This document shows positions 48,663 to 61,600 of a DNA stretch of 64,000 nucleotides, piece by piece (within the stretch, counting starts at the first letter, position 1; every line of letters begins with the position of its first letter). The stretch comes from Scenedesmus sp. PABB004 (lineage: Eukaryota). The translations under genes were made by a program, and so were the position numbers. The notes under the pieces were generated by a model. That model did no database searches and was not told the DNA's origin. It saw nothing but the letters and a program-made list of their open reading frames with translations. The DNA lies in contig CM026548.1 of assembly GCA_014905635.1 (NCBI GenBank), positions 248,001 through 312,000 on the forward strand. Direction: 5' to 3'.

Positions 48663-49251
48663 GAGGATGACGTCCTCAAACAGCTCCGGCGCGGTCGTGG
48701 CCTGCGAGGAGAGCAGCTGGTCCAGCAGCTCCACGAGCTGCTCGTTGCGCAGCTGGTGCAGCCTGCGGCGGCGGGCGGCGTTGGCGCGAACGCACGCCGC
48801 TGCTGCCGCCGCGGGCGGGGCGCAGCGCGCTCACCGCTCCTTGAACTCGTTTGTGAGCAGCTGCTCCACGCGCTCCCGGTCCAGCACCAGCTGGCGAGAC
48901 GCCTCCGCGCCAAGGCCGGGCCTGCGGGCGCGCATGCGACACCGGGCGCCGTCGCGCAGCCGACAACGGGCGCGCGCGGGCGGCGTCGGCCGAACTCAGC
49001 TCAATCTCCAGCTCGCGCGCGCACCCGTAGGGCGCGATCAGGCCTGCCGCCGCGGGGCCGGGCAGCAGCAGCAGCGAGGCCGCTGCTGCCACCCCGGCCA
49101 GGGACGCCAGGGGCGCCGCGCCGCCCTCCTGCGTCGCTCCAGCCACAGCGCAGCTGCCGCGCGCCCGCCGGCCGCCGGGCGGCGGCGCCAGCCGGCGCGG
49201 CGCCGCCGCGCGACCGCCGCGGACGCCGCTGCTGCGCGGGGCTAGTCGCAT
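46344..49251 (-). CDS. Unknown protein, probably plastid/thylakoid-targeted, spliced
   Basis: Transit-like MRLAPRSS..., hydrophobic LASLAGVAAAASLLLLPGPAAA, coherent exons (QLVLDRERVEQLLTNEFKE; LELLDQLL; DELGASLEAF plus TM), long Ala/Pro tail. Start uncertain. Confidence 0.65.
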
Positions 49252-49617
49252 CGCGGCGCGCGCCTGCCTGCGTGCGAACCAGCTGCGTTTCCTTTGTGTC
49301 CGCACAGGCGAGCACCGGCGACCGCTCCGTTCGACGAGCTCGCCCGCTAAACCCGCACGCCACCGCAAAGCCCCGCCCGCGCACGGCCGCGGCGCGCCGG
49401 GACCGGTCGCGGCACGCGCCGGCCCCGCGCGCCCGCGCATGCAAGAGAGGGAAGAAGAACGAATCCCCCGCTGCCTTTCGTCAGGCGGTCGGGTCAGTCC
49501 AGCCGCGCGCAGGTCGAGCCCGCGTTTGTCAGCTTGGCTCGTCCACAGCGGTCGCGTGCACCGAGCCCCCCCCCCACACACACACAGTCCAGTCCTGCGC
49601 CCGCCTGCGCCTGCGGC

Positions 49618-49735
49618 TCATGGCAGGGCCCCCGTGGCCGGGCCGGCGCTGCACACGCCGTCCGCCGCGCACGCCGGCTGCGGCGGCGCCCCGCCCCCGC
49701 CGCCGCCCAGCTGCAGCTCCGCCGCCGCGAGCCCC

Positions 49736-49777
<42 letters not shown>

Positions 49778-52700
49778 GGCGACGCGCGCATGAGCGCGCT
49801 CGCGAGCAGCGCGGGCCCGCCGCCGACGAGCGGCGCGGCGGCGCAGCGCGCGCAGGTGATGGCGAGCGCGTACGGCCCCGCCGCGCCGGCGTAGCCGTCG
49901 ACGACGATGTAGTAGCGCGCCCCCGCCTTGAGCGTGACGTCGAGCTTGGAGCACGCGGTGTTGGACGCGCAGCCGCGGTCGTCGTCATTGCAGAGGTACG
50001 ACCCCGGGTCGGACAGGTCGGTCGCGACGAGGAGCTTGGTGTCGTAGCCGCTGCCGCACGTGCTGACCGTCACGTCGACGTCCGACTGCGGGGTGTAGCT
50101 GTACACCACGTCCGGCGCGCCGTCCTGCGGCGCAGGCGCGGCGCCGGCGGCAGGCGCGGCGGCGGCAGCACAGGCAGCAGGGGCGGCGGCGGTCAGCGTG
50201 GGCGCGGCGCGGGCGCCGGGCCGCGGCGGCTCGGGCCCGGGCCCGGGCGCATGCGCGCGCGGGGCGGCCCAGGCGCGCCGCGCCGCGCCGCGTGCCGTGA
50301 GGGCGCAGCCGTAGTTGTCGGCAAAGGGCGTGGAGTCGCCGGTGTCGTTGAAGGGCAGGCTCCCGATCACGCGCGCCATGTCCGCGGTGTCGCCGCTGCG
50401 CTGCCGGCTGTCCGTCACCAGCACCGTCTGCAGCGCGGGGAACGGGGCGCCGTCGCCCCTGCGGCGCGGCGCGGCCGGCGGCGCGCGCGGCGGCGGCGCG
50501 GCGGCGCGGCGGCGTCGGCGTGCGCCCCGCGCGCCTGCCCGGTGCAGACCGCCGCGCGGGGGGTCTGGGAGGCCCTTGGCGAGCAAGCTGCTCTCACTGC
50601 GCGCCTGAGGTTCAGCGTGATGTAGTAGTCACCCTCGGCCACGAGCGGGTTGGGGTGCAGCGCAAAGACCTGCCGACCGCGGCCGGCGCCGCGTCAGAAC
50701 GGCGCGGCGCCTGCCGCGCCCCGCCGCGGCCGCTGCGCGGGCGGCCACCGGCGCCGCGCGCCTGGCTGACGTTCCAGTTGTCGGGCCCGAAGGTCAGCCG
50801 CGCGGGGAAGACGTCAGCGATGGGGCTGAAGTCCCACGCGGGCGGGACGGACACGTCGACGTCGACGCGCCCCGGCGGCGCCGCCGCGAGCCGCACCGCC
50901 ACCTCGTGCAGCTCCGTGCTGCCGTTGACGTACAGCTGCCCCGGCGCGAGCCGCACCTGCCGGTTGCAGGGCGCGACGCGCGGCGCTCGCGCGGGCGCCC
51001 ACGCCGGACGGTGGCAGCCGCTCGTGGGCGACGTGCCCCGCGCGGCGCCGCGCCGCGCCATGCGCAGGCGCTGCCACAGCCAGCTCACCAGCGCCTCGAG
51101 GTGGTTTGTCACCAGCCGGTTGGGCGTGGAGCTGATGTCCAGCAGGCCGCGCTGCGCCGCGGACGCGGGGGAGAGCGTGGCGTAGCCCTGCGCGTCGTCG
51201 GCGACCGCGCCGCGCACCGCCGCGGCGTAGAGCCGCTGCTGCACCTCCTCCGCCGACGCGCCCTGCCGCGCGCGGCGGTGCGCGCGTGCGGGCATCAGCC
51301 GCGCTGCCGGGCGGCGCGTGGCTGGCGCGGCGCGCGGGACGGGCGCAGGGCGCAGCGCTGCCGCGCGCGCCGCGGCTGGAGGGCTGGAGGGCCGCAGCTG
51401 CAGGCGGCGCACCGGGTGGCCCTCCAGGTACGCCGCGACGACGCCCGTCACAAACGGCGCGGCCATGGACGTCCCCGTCTTAAGCGCCGCGGCGTCGTCG
51501 CTGCTCGCCACGGCGCTGAGGATCGCGACGCCCGGCGCAAAGACGTCTACGCACGCGCCCCTGGGCGCCGCGGCGGCGTGTCGTGCGCCGCGCGCTGCGG
51601 GCGGGCCCGCGCGGGCCCACCTCTCTCGCGCGCGCGCTGCCGCGCGCACCAGTTGGAGTAGGCCCAGCGGCTGACGTTGGCGTCGACCGCGCCCACCGTG
51701 ACGGCGCCGGGCGTGCTCGCCGGCGACGAGAGGCAAGCGTCGCGCCCGCTATTGCCTGCGGCCGTGCGCGCGCCGCGGCCGCGCACGTGATCCGGCACCG
51801 CCGCCGCCGCCGCTGCCGTGCCGTGGCTCGGGGGCGGGCTGTGCGGCCTAGAATCCGTGGTTGAAGCCCCGTGAAACCCCGCGCCCACCCGCGGAGACGA
51901 CGACGTGCACGTGGTGCGCCCGCATGAGCTGCTCCACCGCGCCGTTGACCAGGGCGCTGTGCGCGCCCTCGATCGACATGTGCACCACCGCCGGCTTCTC
52001 GTGGTGCTGCGCCACCCACTCCAGGCCCTGCGGCGCGCACGTGGCGGCCGCGCAGCGTGTGTGTGTGTGGGGGGGGGGAGCACCGGGCGCCCCCGTGCGG
52101 CCAGCGTGGATCGCGAGGCAGCGCCGCCGCACTGCGATGAGGCTTGAGAGCATGGCCTTGCCGTCGCAGTCCAGCACGCGCACCGCGTGCAGCGTCACGT
52201 TCTTTGCCACACCGTACGTGCTGCCTGTGCGGCGCGCGGCGGCGGCGGCGGGCTCGGCCAGGCTGGCAACGCTGGCGCGCGCGCGCGGCAGGGCGGCGGC
52301 GCGGCGCCGCACCGCCCACAACCGCGGCGACGTGCGAGCCTGCGGAGCCGGCGGGGCCGGCGGCGCGGGCCGCGCTCAGCGGCACACAGCGGCCCGCGCC
52401 GGCGGGCGCGCGTGCGCACCGTGGCCGTGGCAGTCGTCGCTGCTGTTGGTGTTGCCGACGGCGTCAAAGCCGTGCAGCGTGCGCGGGCGGCCGTTCGCGT
52501 CCTTGAACTGGCTGTGGGTGGCGCGGATGCCCGTGTCCAGCACGTACACGTGAACGCCGCTGCCTGGCGTGCGGCGCGCGCGGGGCCGGCGTGGCGAGAG
52601 GGGCCAGCGAAGCGGCAGCGGGGCCTCGCGGCGGCAGCTGCCGCAGCCGGCGCCGCGGCCGCCGCGGCAGGCGCGCTGCGCTGCGGCGCCGGCTGGCACT

Positions 52701-53605
52701 GGTCGCCGCCGCCGGCGGCGGCGCCGGCGGCGCGCCGTTGGCGGCGTAGTGGAAGGTGTGGTCAAGCGGCAGCACGCCCTGGTCCAGCAGGTCCAGGCCC
52801 CATGGCGCGTCGGCCTGCTCCGACAGCACGCGCCGCCGCGCGGTGCCACCGCTGCCGCCGCCGCCACCGCCGCCCAGCGCGCCCGGCGCGTCGATCTGCG
52901 CAGACGCGTGGCGCCACGGCGCGAGCGCTGGGGCGGCCGCCGCGGCAGAGCGCCGCGCCGCGCGGCTGGCGGGCGGCGCGCGCGCGAGCGCAGCGCAGCG
53001 CGCCGCCGCCGCACCGCGATGGGCCTGTCGCTGACGACGTAGTCGACGCTGTTCTTGAACTGCGCCCGAATCTGCTCCACCTGCTTCTGTGTGAACCGGC
53101 CTGCTCGCAGGACAGCGCGCGCGCGCGCGCCGTCGCGCGCGTTGAGCGCCGGCCGGCGCTGCGCCCGCCACACGGGGGTGCGGCGTGCGCGCGCGCCGCA
53201 CCTGCGATCCCGGTCACCAGGCTGCCGAAGCGCGCGGTGCAGTGGAGCACGCCGCCCACGGATCCGCCGACAGCCGCCGGCGGCGGCGCCGACGCGCCGC
53301 CGTCGGGCGCCGGCTCTCCGATGCTCAGCGTCGGGCACAGCCGCTCCCACAGCGCGGCGCCGTCCGCGCCCTTCTTGAGCACGATGACCCAGGGCTCCTT
53401 GCCGTCGGGCAGCGCGGCCGCCGCGCTGCGTGCGGCGCGCGGCGTGCGGCGGCGGCGGCGTGCGGGTGGCGGCGCGGCTCGCACGGCGCGCTGGCGCCCG
53501 CTGTCGTTAGCCTCAGCGAGTTGGCGGGGCCGCTCACGCGAGCAGCAGGCCGCTGAGCAGCACCAGCAGCGCGGGCCGGGCGGACCGCAGCGCGGCGTGG
53601 CGCAT
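49618..53605 (-). CDS. Secreted subtilisin-like (S8, proteinase K-type) serine protease with C-terminal extra domains, spliced
   Basis: Signal peptide, prodomain, PWGLD, VYVLDTGI (Asp), DCHGHG|SHVA (His), AGNSG, GTSMAAPFVTG (Ser). Confidence 0.93.
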
Positions 53606-54035
53606 CGCGCTGCGCTCGAATTCGACGCCGCTGGCGGGCCAGAAGCGGCCGTGTGTCGTGGAACACGCACGCGCGCGGATGCGGCGGACCCTGACCGGCG
53701 CGCCGGCCGGCGGCGCTTGGCCGAGCTTGCGCCGCCGCGGTTGACGGCGGCGCTCGGGACTGCACGAGCGGTGCGGCCCGCGCCACACGCGCATCCCTCG
53801 CCGGCGCGTAGCAGCGGACCGGCCCGCCCGTCGCACGCGACGGGGGCGCGCCCGGAGAGCGGCGGCGATCCGGCGGCCGCCGCCCGGCCGCGTGCGTGGG
53901 GCCCCGGCGGACGCTCCTGCCCGGAGCAGCAACGCTTGGGTACTGGCCGCAGGCCGGCGGGGCGCCGCCGAGTTGAGCAGCAGCAGCGGCAGCGGCGAGC
54001 AGCAGCAGCGGGCGCCGTCTGCATCGCGCGCGGCG

Positions 54036-56846
54036 ATGCAGACGGCGCTGCGCAAGCCGGCGAAGAAGCCGCCCAGCGCTGAGGCCCAGGCCGCGGCGCT
54101 GCTCAAGGACGCGGCTGCGGGGTTTGGCGCGAGGTGCGCGGGCGGCGGGCGCGCTGCTGGCGCCGCACGACCACGGCCACGCATGACCCAGCGCCCCTGC
54201 GCGCGCGCGCGCGCGCAGATGGGACGTCCAGGCCGCGCTGAGGGGCAGCCCCGACGCCGCGGCGCAGCTGTCTGCGGCCAAGGCGCTGGCGTCGCTGGCC
54301 GCGGCGGCGGCCGCGCAGCGCTCGGCCTGCCGCCGCGGCGAGGTGCGGCAGGCGCTGGCGCGCGCGCTGCCGCCGTCGCTGCTGCGCGCGCTGCTGGCGA
54401 GCAGCAGCGCCGAGGCGGTGGCGCTCGCGCTGCACGCGCTGCACGCGCTCTCGGCGCTGCTGCCGGGCCTGCTGCCCGTGGAGGCGGGCGCCCCGCTGCT
54501 GGAGCTGCTCTGCACGCCAGCGCACGGCGCCGACGCGGCGCGCGTGCTGGCTGCTCAGCTGGGCCACTGGCGGCTGGGCCAGGTGCGGCCGGTGCTCGCG
54601 GCGGCGGCGCCGCGCCTGCACGCCCACCTGCAGCAGCTGCTGCTGGGCGAGCAGCTGGCCGGCGGCGGCCGGACGCTGGACGACTGCGGCGCGCACCTCG
54701 CGCTGCTGGCGCGCGTCGCGGCGGTCTCGCCGGCAGCGCTCCTGCCGCACCTCGCCGGCGACGCGGCGGCCGCCGGCAGCTGGCTGGCGCTGCTGGCGCG
54801 TGCGTGCTCCGCGCAGCCGGCCCTGCCCGGCAGCCCGGGCAGCTTCTCGCTGTTGTTGGACAGCAGTTGCCAGCTGCTGCACGCGCTGAGCGCCGCGCCA
54901 GCGTTCACCGCGGCGCTGGCAGCCAGCCCTGGCGCGCGGCTGCAGCTTGTTGAGCTGCTCCACCGCGTGCTGCAGAGGTGAGGGGGAGGGGAGGGCGGGC
55001 GGCGCTGCTGCTGCCGGCGGCGCGCAGCCCGCCGCTCACGCGCAGCCGCGCTGCTCGCAGGCCCTGCTGCAGGGAGACGGACGAGCGGAGCGTGCTGCGC
55101 TGGGTGCACGCCGCGCACGCGGCCAGCCTGCCGGTGCTGTGGCAGCCGGACGCGCCCGCGCCGACGGCCGAGCAGGCGGTCGCGCAGGAGCAGCAGCTGG
55201 CGGCGATGGTCGTGGCGGCGGCCTCCACGTTTTGCAGTGGCTGCGCCACCAACAGCAGCAGGCAGGGCCGGCTCCTGCAGCAGCTCGACGGAGCGGCGGT
55301 CCAGCTGCTGGCGGCGGCATTGCTTCCGCCGCCGCAGCCGCTGGGCGGCCGGCCCTGCGCCAGCCGGTTCACGGCGACGCTGCTCGCGAGCGACTGCTGC
55401 CACGTGCTGCTACATGCGCTGGCCACTGCCGCCGAGGCGGCCGCGCAGGCTGGCGGCGCAGCGGCGTGCGGCTGGCGCGGGGCCAGCGCAGCGCCGGGCT
55501 GCGTGCAGCTAGCAGCGCCGAGCGCGCCGGCGCCGCCGGCGGTGTGGGCGCTGCTGCGCATGATCTGCGCGCAGTGCGTGGCCACCGCCGGCGCCAGTGG
55601 ACGGCAGCCCGGCAGCGGCAGCGACAGCGATGGCGCCGGCGGTGGCGGCCGGCGCCACAGCGCGGCAGCAGACAGCAGTGGGAGCGGCGGCCGGGCGCGC
55701 AGCAGCGGCCTAGTGCAGCCGGCACAGGTTTTGAGAGTTGTGTCGGCATACTCGGGCCATGTGCCGATGAGCGCGGCGGGCGCGGCCTCGCGCCGGCTGC
55801 TGGGCAGCCTGCACATGCTGCTGGCGCAGGCTGCGCTGCGCAGGACGCAGGGGCGGGCGGCGGCGGCCGCGGCGGGGGCGGACGCGCAGGCGTTGCTCAG
55901 CAGTCGCTTCGGCCTGCTGGTGCCGGAGCCGTCGTTCCAGGAGCGCCTGGGCAGCCACTACCTGCGCTGGGAGGCGATGGCGACGGCCTGCAGCGGCGGC
56001 GCCGCAGGCGACGCGAGCCCCGTCGGCCTCGCCGGGCAGCTGCTGACCGCCAGCTACGTTGCCCTCGCGGCGGCGCTGGCAGCCCAGGAGCAGCCGCCGG
56101 CGGGGGCGAGGGGGCAGCGCTTCTGTCGTCTGCGCGTGTCGCGGTGGCGGCGCTGAAGCTGCTTCTCCCGGCGCTGCTCGCAAGCGGCGGCGCGGCGCAG
56201 GCGCAACGCGACCGCGCGGGCGCGGCAAACGACAGGGGCGGTCTCAGGGGCGGGGCGGCCGTCATGCAGCTGAGTGCATCAGCCACCCACCCCGGGCCTG
56301 TGGTGCTGGAGGGTCTCTTAGAGTGCAGCCTCGCCTGCGTGCAGGCGCTGGCGCTGCTGGCGCGGCACCTGCAGACGGCACTCCCCGGCCTCGCCGCGCT
56401 GTGCGGCGCTGGCGGCACTGGCGGCGACCCGCCGGCGTGGACCTCGCCGGCTGAGGCGGCGGCGGCGGCGGCAGCGGCGGTGGCGCTGCAAGCCCTGGCC
56501 GCTGACCTCGCGGACGAGCAGCTGCGGGACCTGCTGTCTCGAACGGTCGCGGACTGGCCCCCGCCAGCGCGCGGCGGCCCTGGCGCCGCCGCGCCGTCGC
56601 TGCAGGCGGCGCTGGTCGCGGATGTTCAGCAGGAGGTCCGCTGCTGGGCGGCCGCCGCGCTCGCCGCAACCTACGGCCAGCTGGGCGCCAGCAGCGGCGT
56701 GGGACGCCTGCTCGCCGCCGCGCGGCACGCGGCCGACTGCGACGCCGAGCTGGCGCTGGCGGACGGGCAGGCGCCGCTCGCCGTGCACTCGGCCGTGCTC
56801 GCCGCCGGCTGCGCCGTGCTGGGGCGGCAGCTGCAGGCCGCTGGCT

Positions 56847-56893
<47 letters not shown>

Positions 56894-58388
56894 ACGCCGC
56901 GCTGCGTCAAGCTCAGCGCGGCGGTGGAGCGAGCAGCGCTGCAGCTCGCACTGGACTATCTGTACTCTGGCGCCGCGGCGCTGCCGGAGGCAGGGCTGGC
57001 GGCGCAACTCGCCGCCGCCGCTTCGGGGCGGGCCCGTCCGGCGGCGCTGCGTCAGCTGCAAGAGCGCGCGGCGCAGCAGCTGGCCGGCGTCGGCCGGCTC
57101 GCGCGCAAGCTCCAGCTGCCGCTGGCCGCGCTGTGCGCGGGGGGCGCCCCCAGCCCCGGTCAGCGGCTGCCGGCGCTGCACCCGCAGCTGGGCGCGCTGC
57201 TGCCGCGCCGCGCGCTGGCGCTGCCGCTCGAGTGCGCGGCGGCCGGCGCCGACGCGTGCGGCGGCCCTGCTGCGGTCGGCGAGCACGGGTGCTGCTCGGA
57301 CTTCCTCGCCGCGGCCGCAGCGCTTGCGGGCGCGGCGCCCCTCGTCGTCGACGCGGCCGCGCTCGGGCCTGGCAGCGGCGGCGGCGACGACGCGCTGGCT
57401 GAGCTCACCGACATGCTCCTCGCCGCGCCGGCGCTGCTCGACGGCGGCGCGCAGGGCCGCGCCGCGCGCTCCTCGCCGGCCGTCGCGCTGCTGCCCGCGC
57501 ACGCCGTGCTGCTGGCGGGCAGCTGCAGCTACTTTGAGGCTCTGCTCGCTCAGCGCTGGCGCCCCGGCGAGCCCAGCCAGGCGCTCGAGCTCGAGGCGCC
57601 GCGCCAGCTGCGGGTCGTGCTCATACCGGAGGCCGACGCTTACGTGGCGGCGGCCCTGCAGCGCTGGCTCTACACGAGAGAGCTGTCGCTCGCGCCGCCG
57701 CCCGCGCCGGCGCAGCTGCTGGGCGGCGGCGGCGGCGGCGGCGGCTGCGCGCTGCGGCCGGCCGGATGCTGCGGCCCCTGCAGCGCCGCGCGCACGGCGC
57801 TGCGGCTGTGGCGCTGCGCCGACGTGCTGCTCCTGCCGGAGCTGCAGGGCCGCTGCCTCGCGGCGGCCGAGGCTGCCGCGTGGGAGCTGCCCTGGCGCTG
57901 CTGCCTGGCGCTTCTGGGCGACTGCTGCGAGCTGGGCGTGGCGTGCGCAGCCGACGCCGTGCTCGCCGCCCTGGCACGCCACGGTGAGCGCGGCTCACCT
58001 GCGGCGCGCGCAGCCTCTGGCGCCGCCTGCCGTGCCGAGGCCCCCGCACCCCGCCCACTCGCCGCCACGGCGCCGCCGCGCAGACAAGGAGGCGGCGGCC
58101 GTGGAGGCCGCGCCCGAGTGGCGACGCCTGCCGCCGGCGCTGCAAGACGCGCTGGCGCGGGCCTGGCTGGAGCGGCGGCAGGGTGCGGAGCCGGATGCCG
58201 CGGCGGCGCCGCCCGAGCCTGCAGCCGCGGCGGCAGCGGCGGCGGCTCTGGCCGAGCCGCTCCCGGAGCAGCCGGCGGTTGTCGCGGTGCCGCGCGACGC
58301 CGCGGCGGCCGTGGGCGCGGCGCTCTCGGCGCTCGCGCAGCACCTGCAGCGCCTCGTGATCGCGCCCGGGGCGGGCCAGGGCCGCTGA
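54036..58388 (+). CDS. Large Ala/Leu-rich helical protein with two BTB/POZ-like domains, spliced
   Basis: VHSAVLAAGCAVL...LQLALDYLYSG and PAHAVLLAGSCSYFEALL...LQRWLYT...ADVLLLPELQGRC. Apparent indel near 56100. Confidence 0.75.
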
Positions 58389-58423
58389 TCGGCCGCGCGC
58401 GCCGGCGTGCACGCGTGCGTGCG

Positions 58424-58428
58424 TTACA
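58424..58428 (-). promoter_or_regulatory. Polyadenylation signal TGTAA for the EGF-repeat gene
   Basis: TTACA on the + strand, about 213 nt past the minus-strand stop at 58641. Confidence 0.5.
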
Positions 58429-58640
58429 CTCGCGCGCGCCCGGCGTGTCGCCGGGGCACAACCGTAACAGACTCGGGACCCACTCTTGCGAAACCGACGA
58501 GGTCACAGCCAGGCCGCCGCCACAGGGCGTGCAGTGTCAGCAAGGCGCCAGCGCTCAGGGGCACGTGTCACGCGGTCGCTCTGTCTCTTTCAACAGCGCT
58601 GGTTGGGTTGAGTCACGCGGGCGCGCCGCTGCCGCCGGCG

Positions 58641-61600
58641 CTAGTGCCGGCGCGCCGGCACGCAGGCGCCGCCCGGGGCCGCCGTGGAGCCGGGCGGGCA
58701 TGCGCAGCGTTGCGTGGCGGCGTCGCAGAAGCCGGAGGCACAGCCGCTGGAGCCCTTGCAGCCCTGGCCGACCGCGCACGGCTTTCCACAGTAGAATCCG
58801 CAGTCGACGTCGCCTGCGTCGCACGGCGCGCGCGCGTGAGCGTATGGCAGCGCGCGCTCGCGGCAGCAGGCGGTGGCGCGCGGCGTGCGGCCGGTGCAGG
58901 CAGGCGGCGCCCGGCGCCTGGCCGCGTGCGCGCGCTCCAGCGCGCACCCTCGTAGGCGTCTTTTATGCCGTTGGAGCACATCTCTGCCTGGGGCACGCAC
59001 CGCGGCGCCGCGCCGGGCGGCCCCAGGAAGATGAAGGCTCCCCGGGGGCACGCACAGCGCGGCACGCCGTCGAGCGCCGCAAACGCGCGGCACTCGCCGC
59101 CGTCGCAGTCGGCGCCGCTCGCGCACGGCTCGCCCGCGGTGCACCGCCGCGGCGCGGCGGCGCCGCACGCGCGGGGCGCCGCGGCCGGGCTGCTGGCGCC
59201 GGCGCCGCCGCCGCCGCGGGCGGCGCCGCTGCCGCCGCCGCCGCCACCGCCAGACTCGCCGCCGGCCAGCTCCAAGTCAGCAGCCTCGACGCACGCCCCG
59301 CTGGCCGCGTCCGGCACGAGCGACCGGGCGAAGCAGTCGTCGCTGCAGGTCGGGCCGGCAAAGCCGTCCGCGCAGGCGCACACAAACTCGGGCGAGGCAC
59401 CCGGCGGCGCCGGGGAGCAGGTCCCGCCGTTGGCGCACGGGCTCGCGCCCGCGCAGGCGCCGCTGGCGCGCGTCTGGCACAGCGTGCCGGTCCAGCCCGG
59501 GGCGCAGGCGCAGCTGCGGGGCGGCGGAGGGAGGCGGGTGAGCAGGCGGGCGCGCGCGCGCGCCGCCAGCACTGCCAGCGCCGCGGCCGCCACTCGCGGC
59601 CGCCCCCGGGCCGCTCACGTGTAGTCTGGGACGGCACCCGGCTGTGGCGTGCAGCGCGCGCCGTTGCGGCAGGGGCTGCCGGCGTCGCAGGTGCCGCGGG
59701 TGCCCGTCGTCACGGTCGTCAGCGGGGCGCCACCCCCGCCGCCCGCACCGCCGCCACCCCCGCCGCCCCCCGCCGGCAGCGTGGGCGTGACGGTGGTGGT
59801 CGTGGGCGGCGCGAGCTGGTCGCACAGCTCGCCGGCAAAGCCCGCGTTGCAGGCGCAGCTGAACGCGCGCTGGCCCGGCGCCGGCGCCGGCAGCGGCGTG
59901 CACGCACCGTTGATGCAGGGGCCGGGCGCCGCGCACGCGTCGGCGGCGGGCGCCGCGTCCTCGCAGCGAGGCCCGCCGAACCCGCGCGGGCAGGCGCACG
60001 TGAAGTCCGGCGCGCCCCCCTCGGCGCCCTCCGCCGGCACGCACGTGCCGCCGTTGCGGCACGGCCCCGGCGTCGCCTCGCAGCTCGGCGCGCGCAGCTC
60101 GCACGCGGGGCCGCTCGTCCCTGGCGGGCAGACGCAGAAGTAAGGCGGCGCCTGCTCCGGCGCCTCGATGCACCGCCCAGCCCCGCACGGCGGCGGCGCC
60201 GCGGCGCACGCGCTCGGCGCGACCTCGCACGCGTCGCCGCCGTAGCCGTCGGGGCAGGCGCACACAAACGCCGGCGCCGCGCCCGGCGGCACCGCCGGCG
60301 AGCAGGTCCCGCCGTTCTCGCACGGCGCGCCGGCGCAGGGGTCGTCCGCGTCGGGCGCTGTCGCCGCGGTGCCGTTGCCGGCGTCGGCGCCACCGCCCAC
60401 GCCGGCGGCGGCGCCGCCGTCCGCGCCTGCCGCGCCGCCGCCGCTCCCGGGCGGCGGCGCGCGCTCGCTGCAGGTCGGCCCCCGCCAGCCGGCGGTGCAG
60501 TTGCAGGCAAAGTCGGGGCTCGCGCCCGGCAGCGGCGTGCACGCGGCGCCGTTGCGGCACACCGGCGTGGTGGCAAAGCAGGCCGAGCGCGCGACCTCGC
60601 AGACCGCGCCCGTCCAGCCGGCGGCGCAGTAGCACCGAAAGTCTGGCCCGCCCCGCCCCGGCACGTAGTCGGGGGTGGGGATGCACTTGCCGCCGTTCTT
60701 GCACGGGTTGCCGGCCGCGCACGTGCTCGTGCGCGCCTCGCACGTCGGGCCGCCGAAGTTGGCGGCGCAGGTGCACTTGAAGTTGGGCGCCGCGCCGACC
60801 GCGGGGGCGCACGCGCCGCCGTTCTTGCACAGGCTCGCGGCGGCATCGCACGCGGTCGTGCAGCGGCTGCCGTCGGCGCTCAGCGGCGACCCGGGCGGGC
60901 AGCCGCACGTGCTCGTCGTAGCGTTGCACACGCCGGTCGCGCAGTCGGCGCCGACGCGGCAGACGGCGCCGACGCTGCACTTGGCCGCGCACTCGCCGCC
61001 GCCTGGCGTCGCGGCAGGGGCGGCGCGGCGCGGCGCAGCAGGTGAGCACCGCGGCGCGCGGGCGAGGAGACCGGGCGCTGCACGCTGCGGCCGGGCCGAC
61101 TTCGTGCGGCCCCGCCGCGCCGCGCCGCGCCGCGCCACGCTCACAGTCCACGTCTGACTCGTCCGCGTCCTTAGCGCCATTGAAGCAGAGCTCTGCCCGC
61201 GTGAGGCAGGACGAGAGGTCTGGCGAGATGAACTCGCCGCGCGGGCACATGCAGATGCGCTGGTCCTGCGCGGCCCGCCGCAGCGACGGTGGCGTCAGCC
61301 GGGCCTGGACCGAGCGAGCAGCGCGGCGCGGCGCGCGGCCGCACCGTGTTGCAGATGCCGGCGGCGCAGTCGGCGTTTGCCTTGCAGGCGTGGCCGAACT
61401 TGCAGCCGGGGCAGACGCCGCCGCCTGCGCCGGCGCGCGGGGCCGCGTGAGGCCGCGCCGCCGCCGCGCGCGCGCGCGGCGGGCGGGCGGGGCGGCGGCG
61501 GCGCGCAGCCCAGGCACGGCCGCTCGCTCACAGTCGGTGTCGGTCTCGTTGGCATCGCGCTTCCCGTTGGCACATGCGCCGCTGCCTCCGGCGCTCGCCT

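Noticed and set aside
54947..61045. 2032-aa ORF and many other long Arg/Ala/Pro-rich overlapping ORFs
   Set aside because: Stop codons are rare at this GC content. Only about 56110-57985 of this ORF is real (BTB gene); the rest is off-frame or antisense to the EGF gene.
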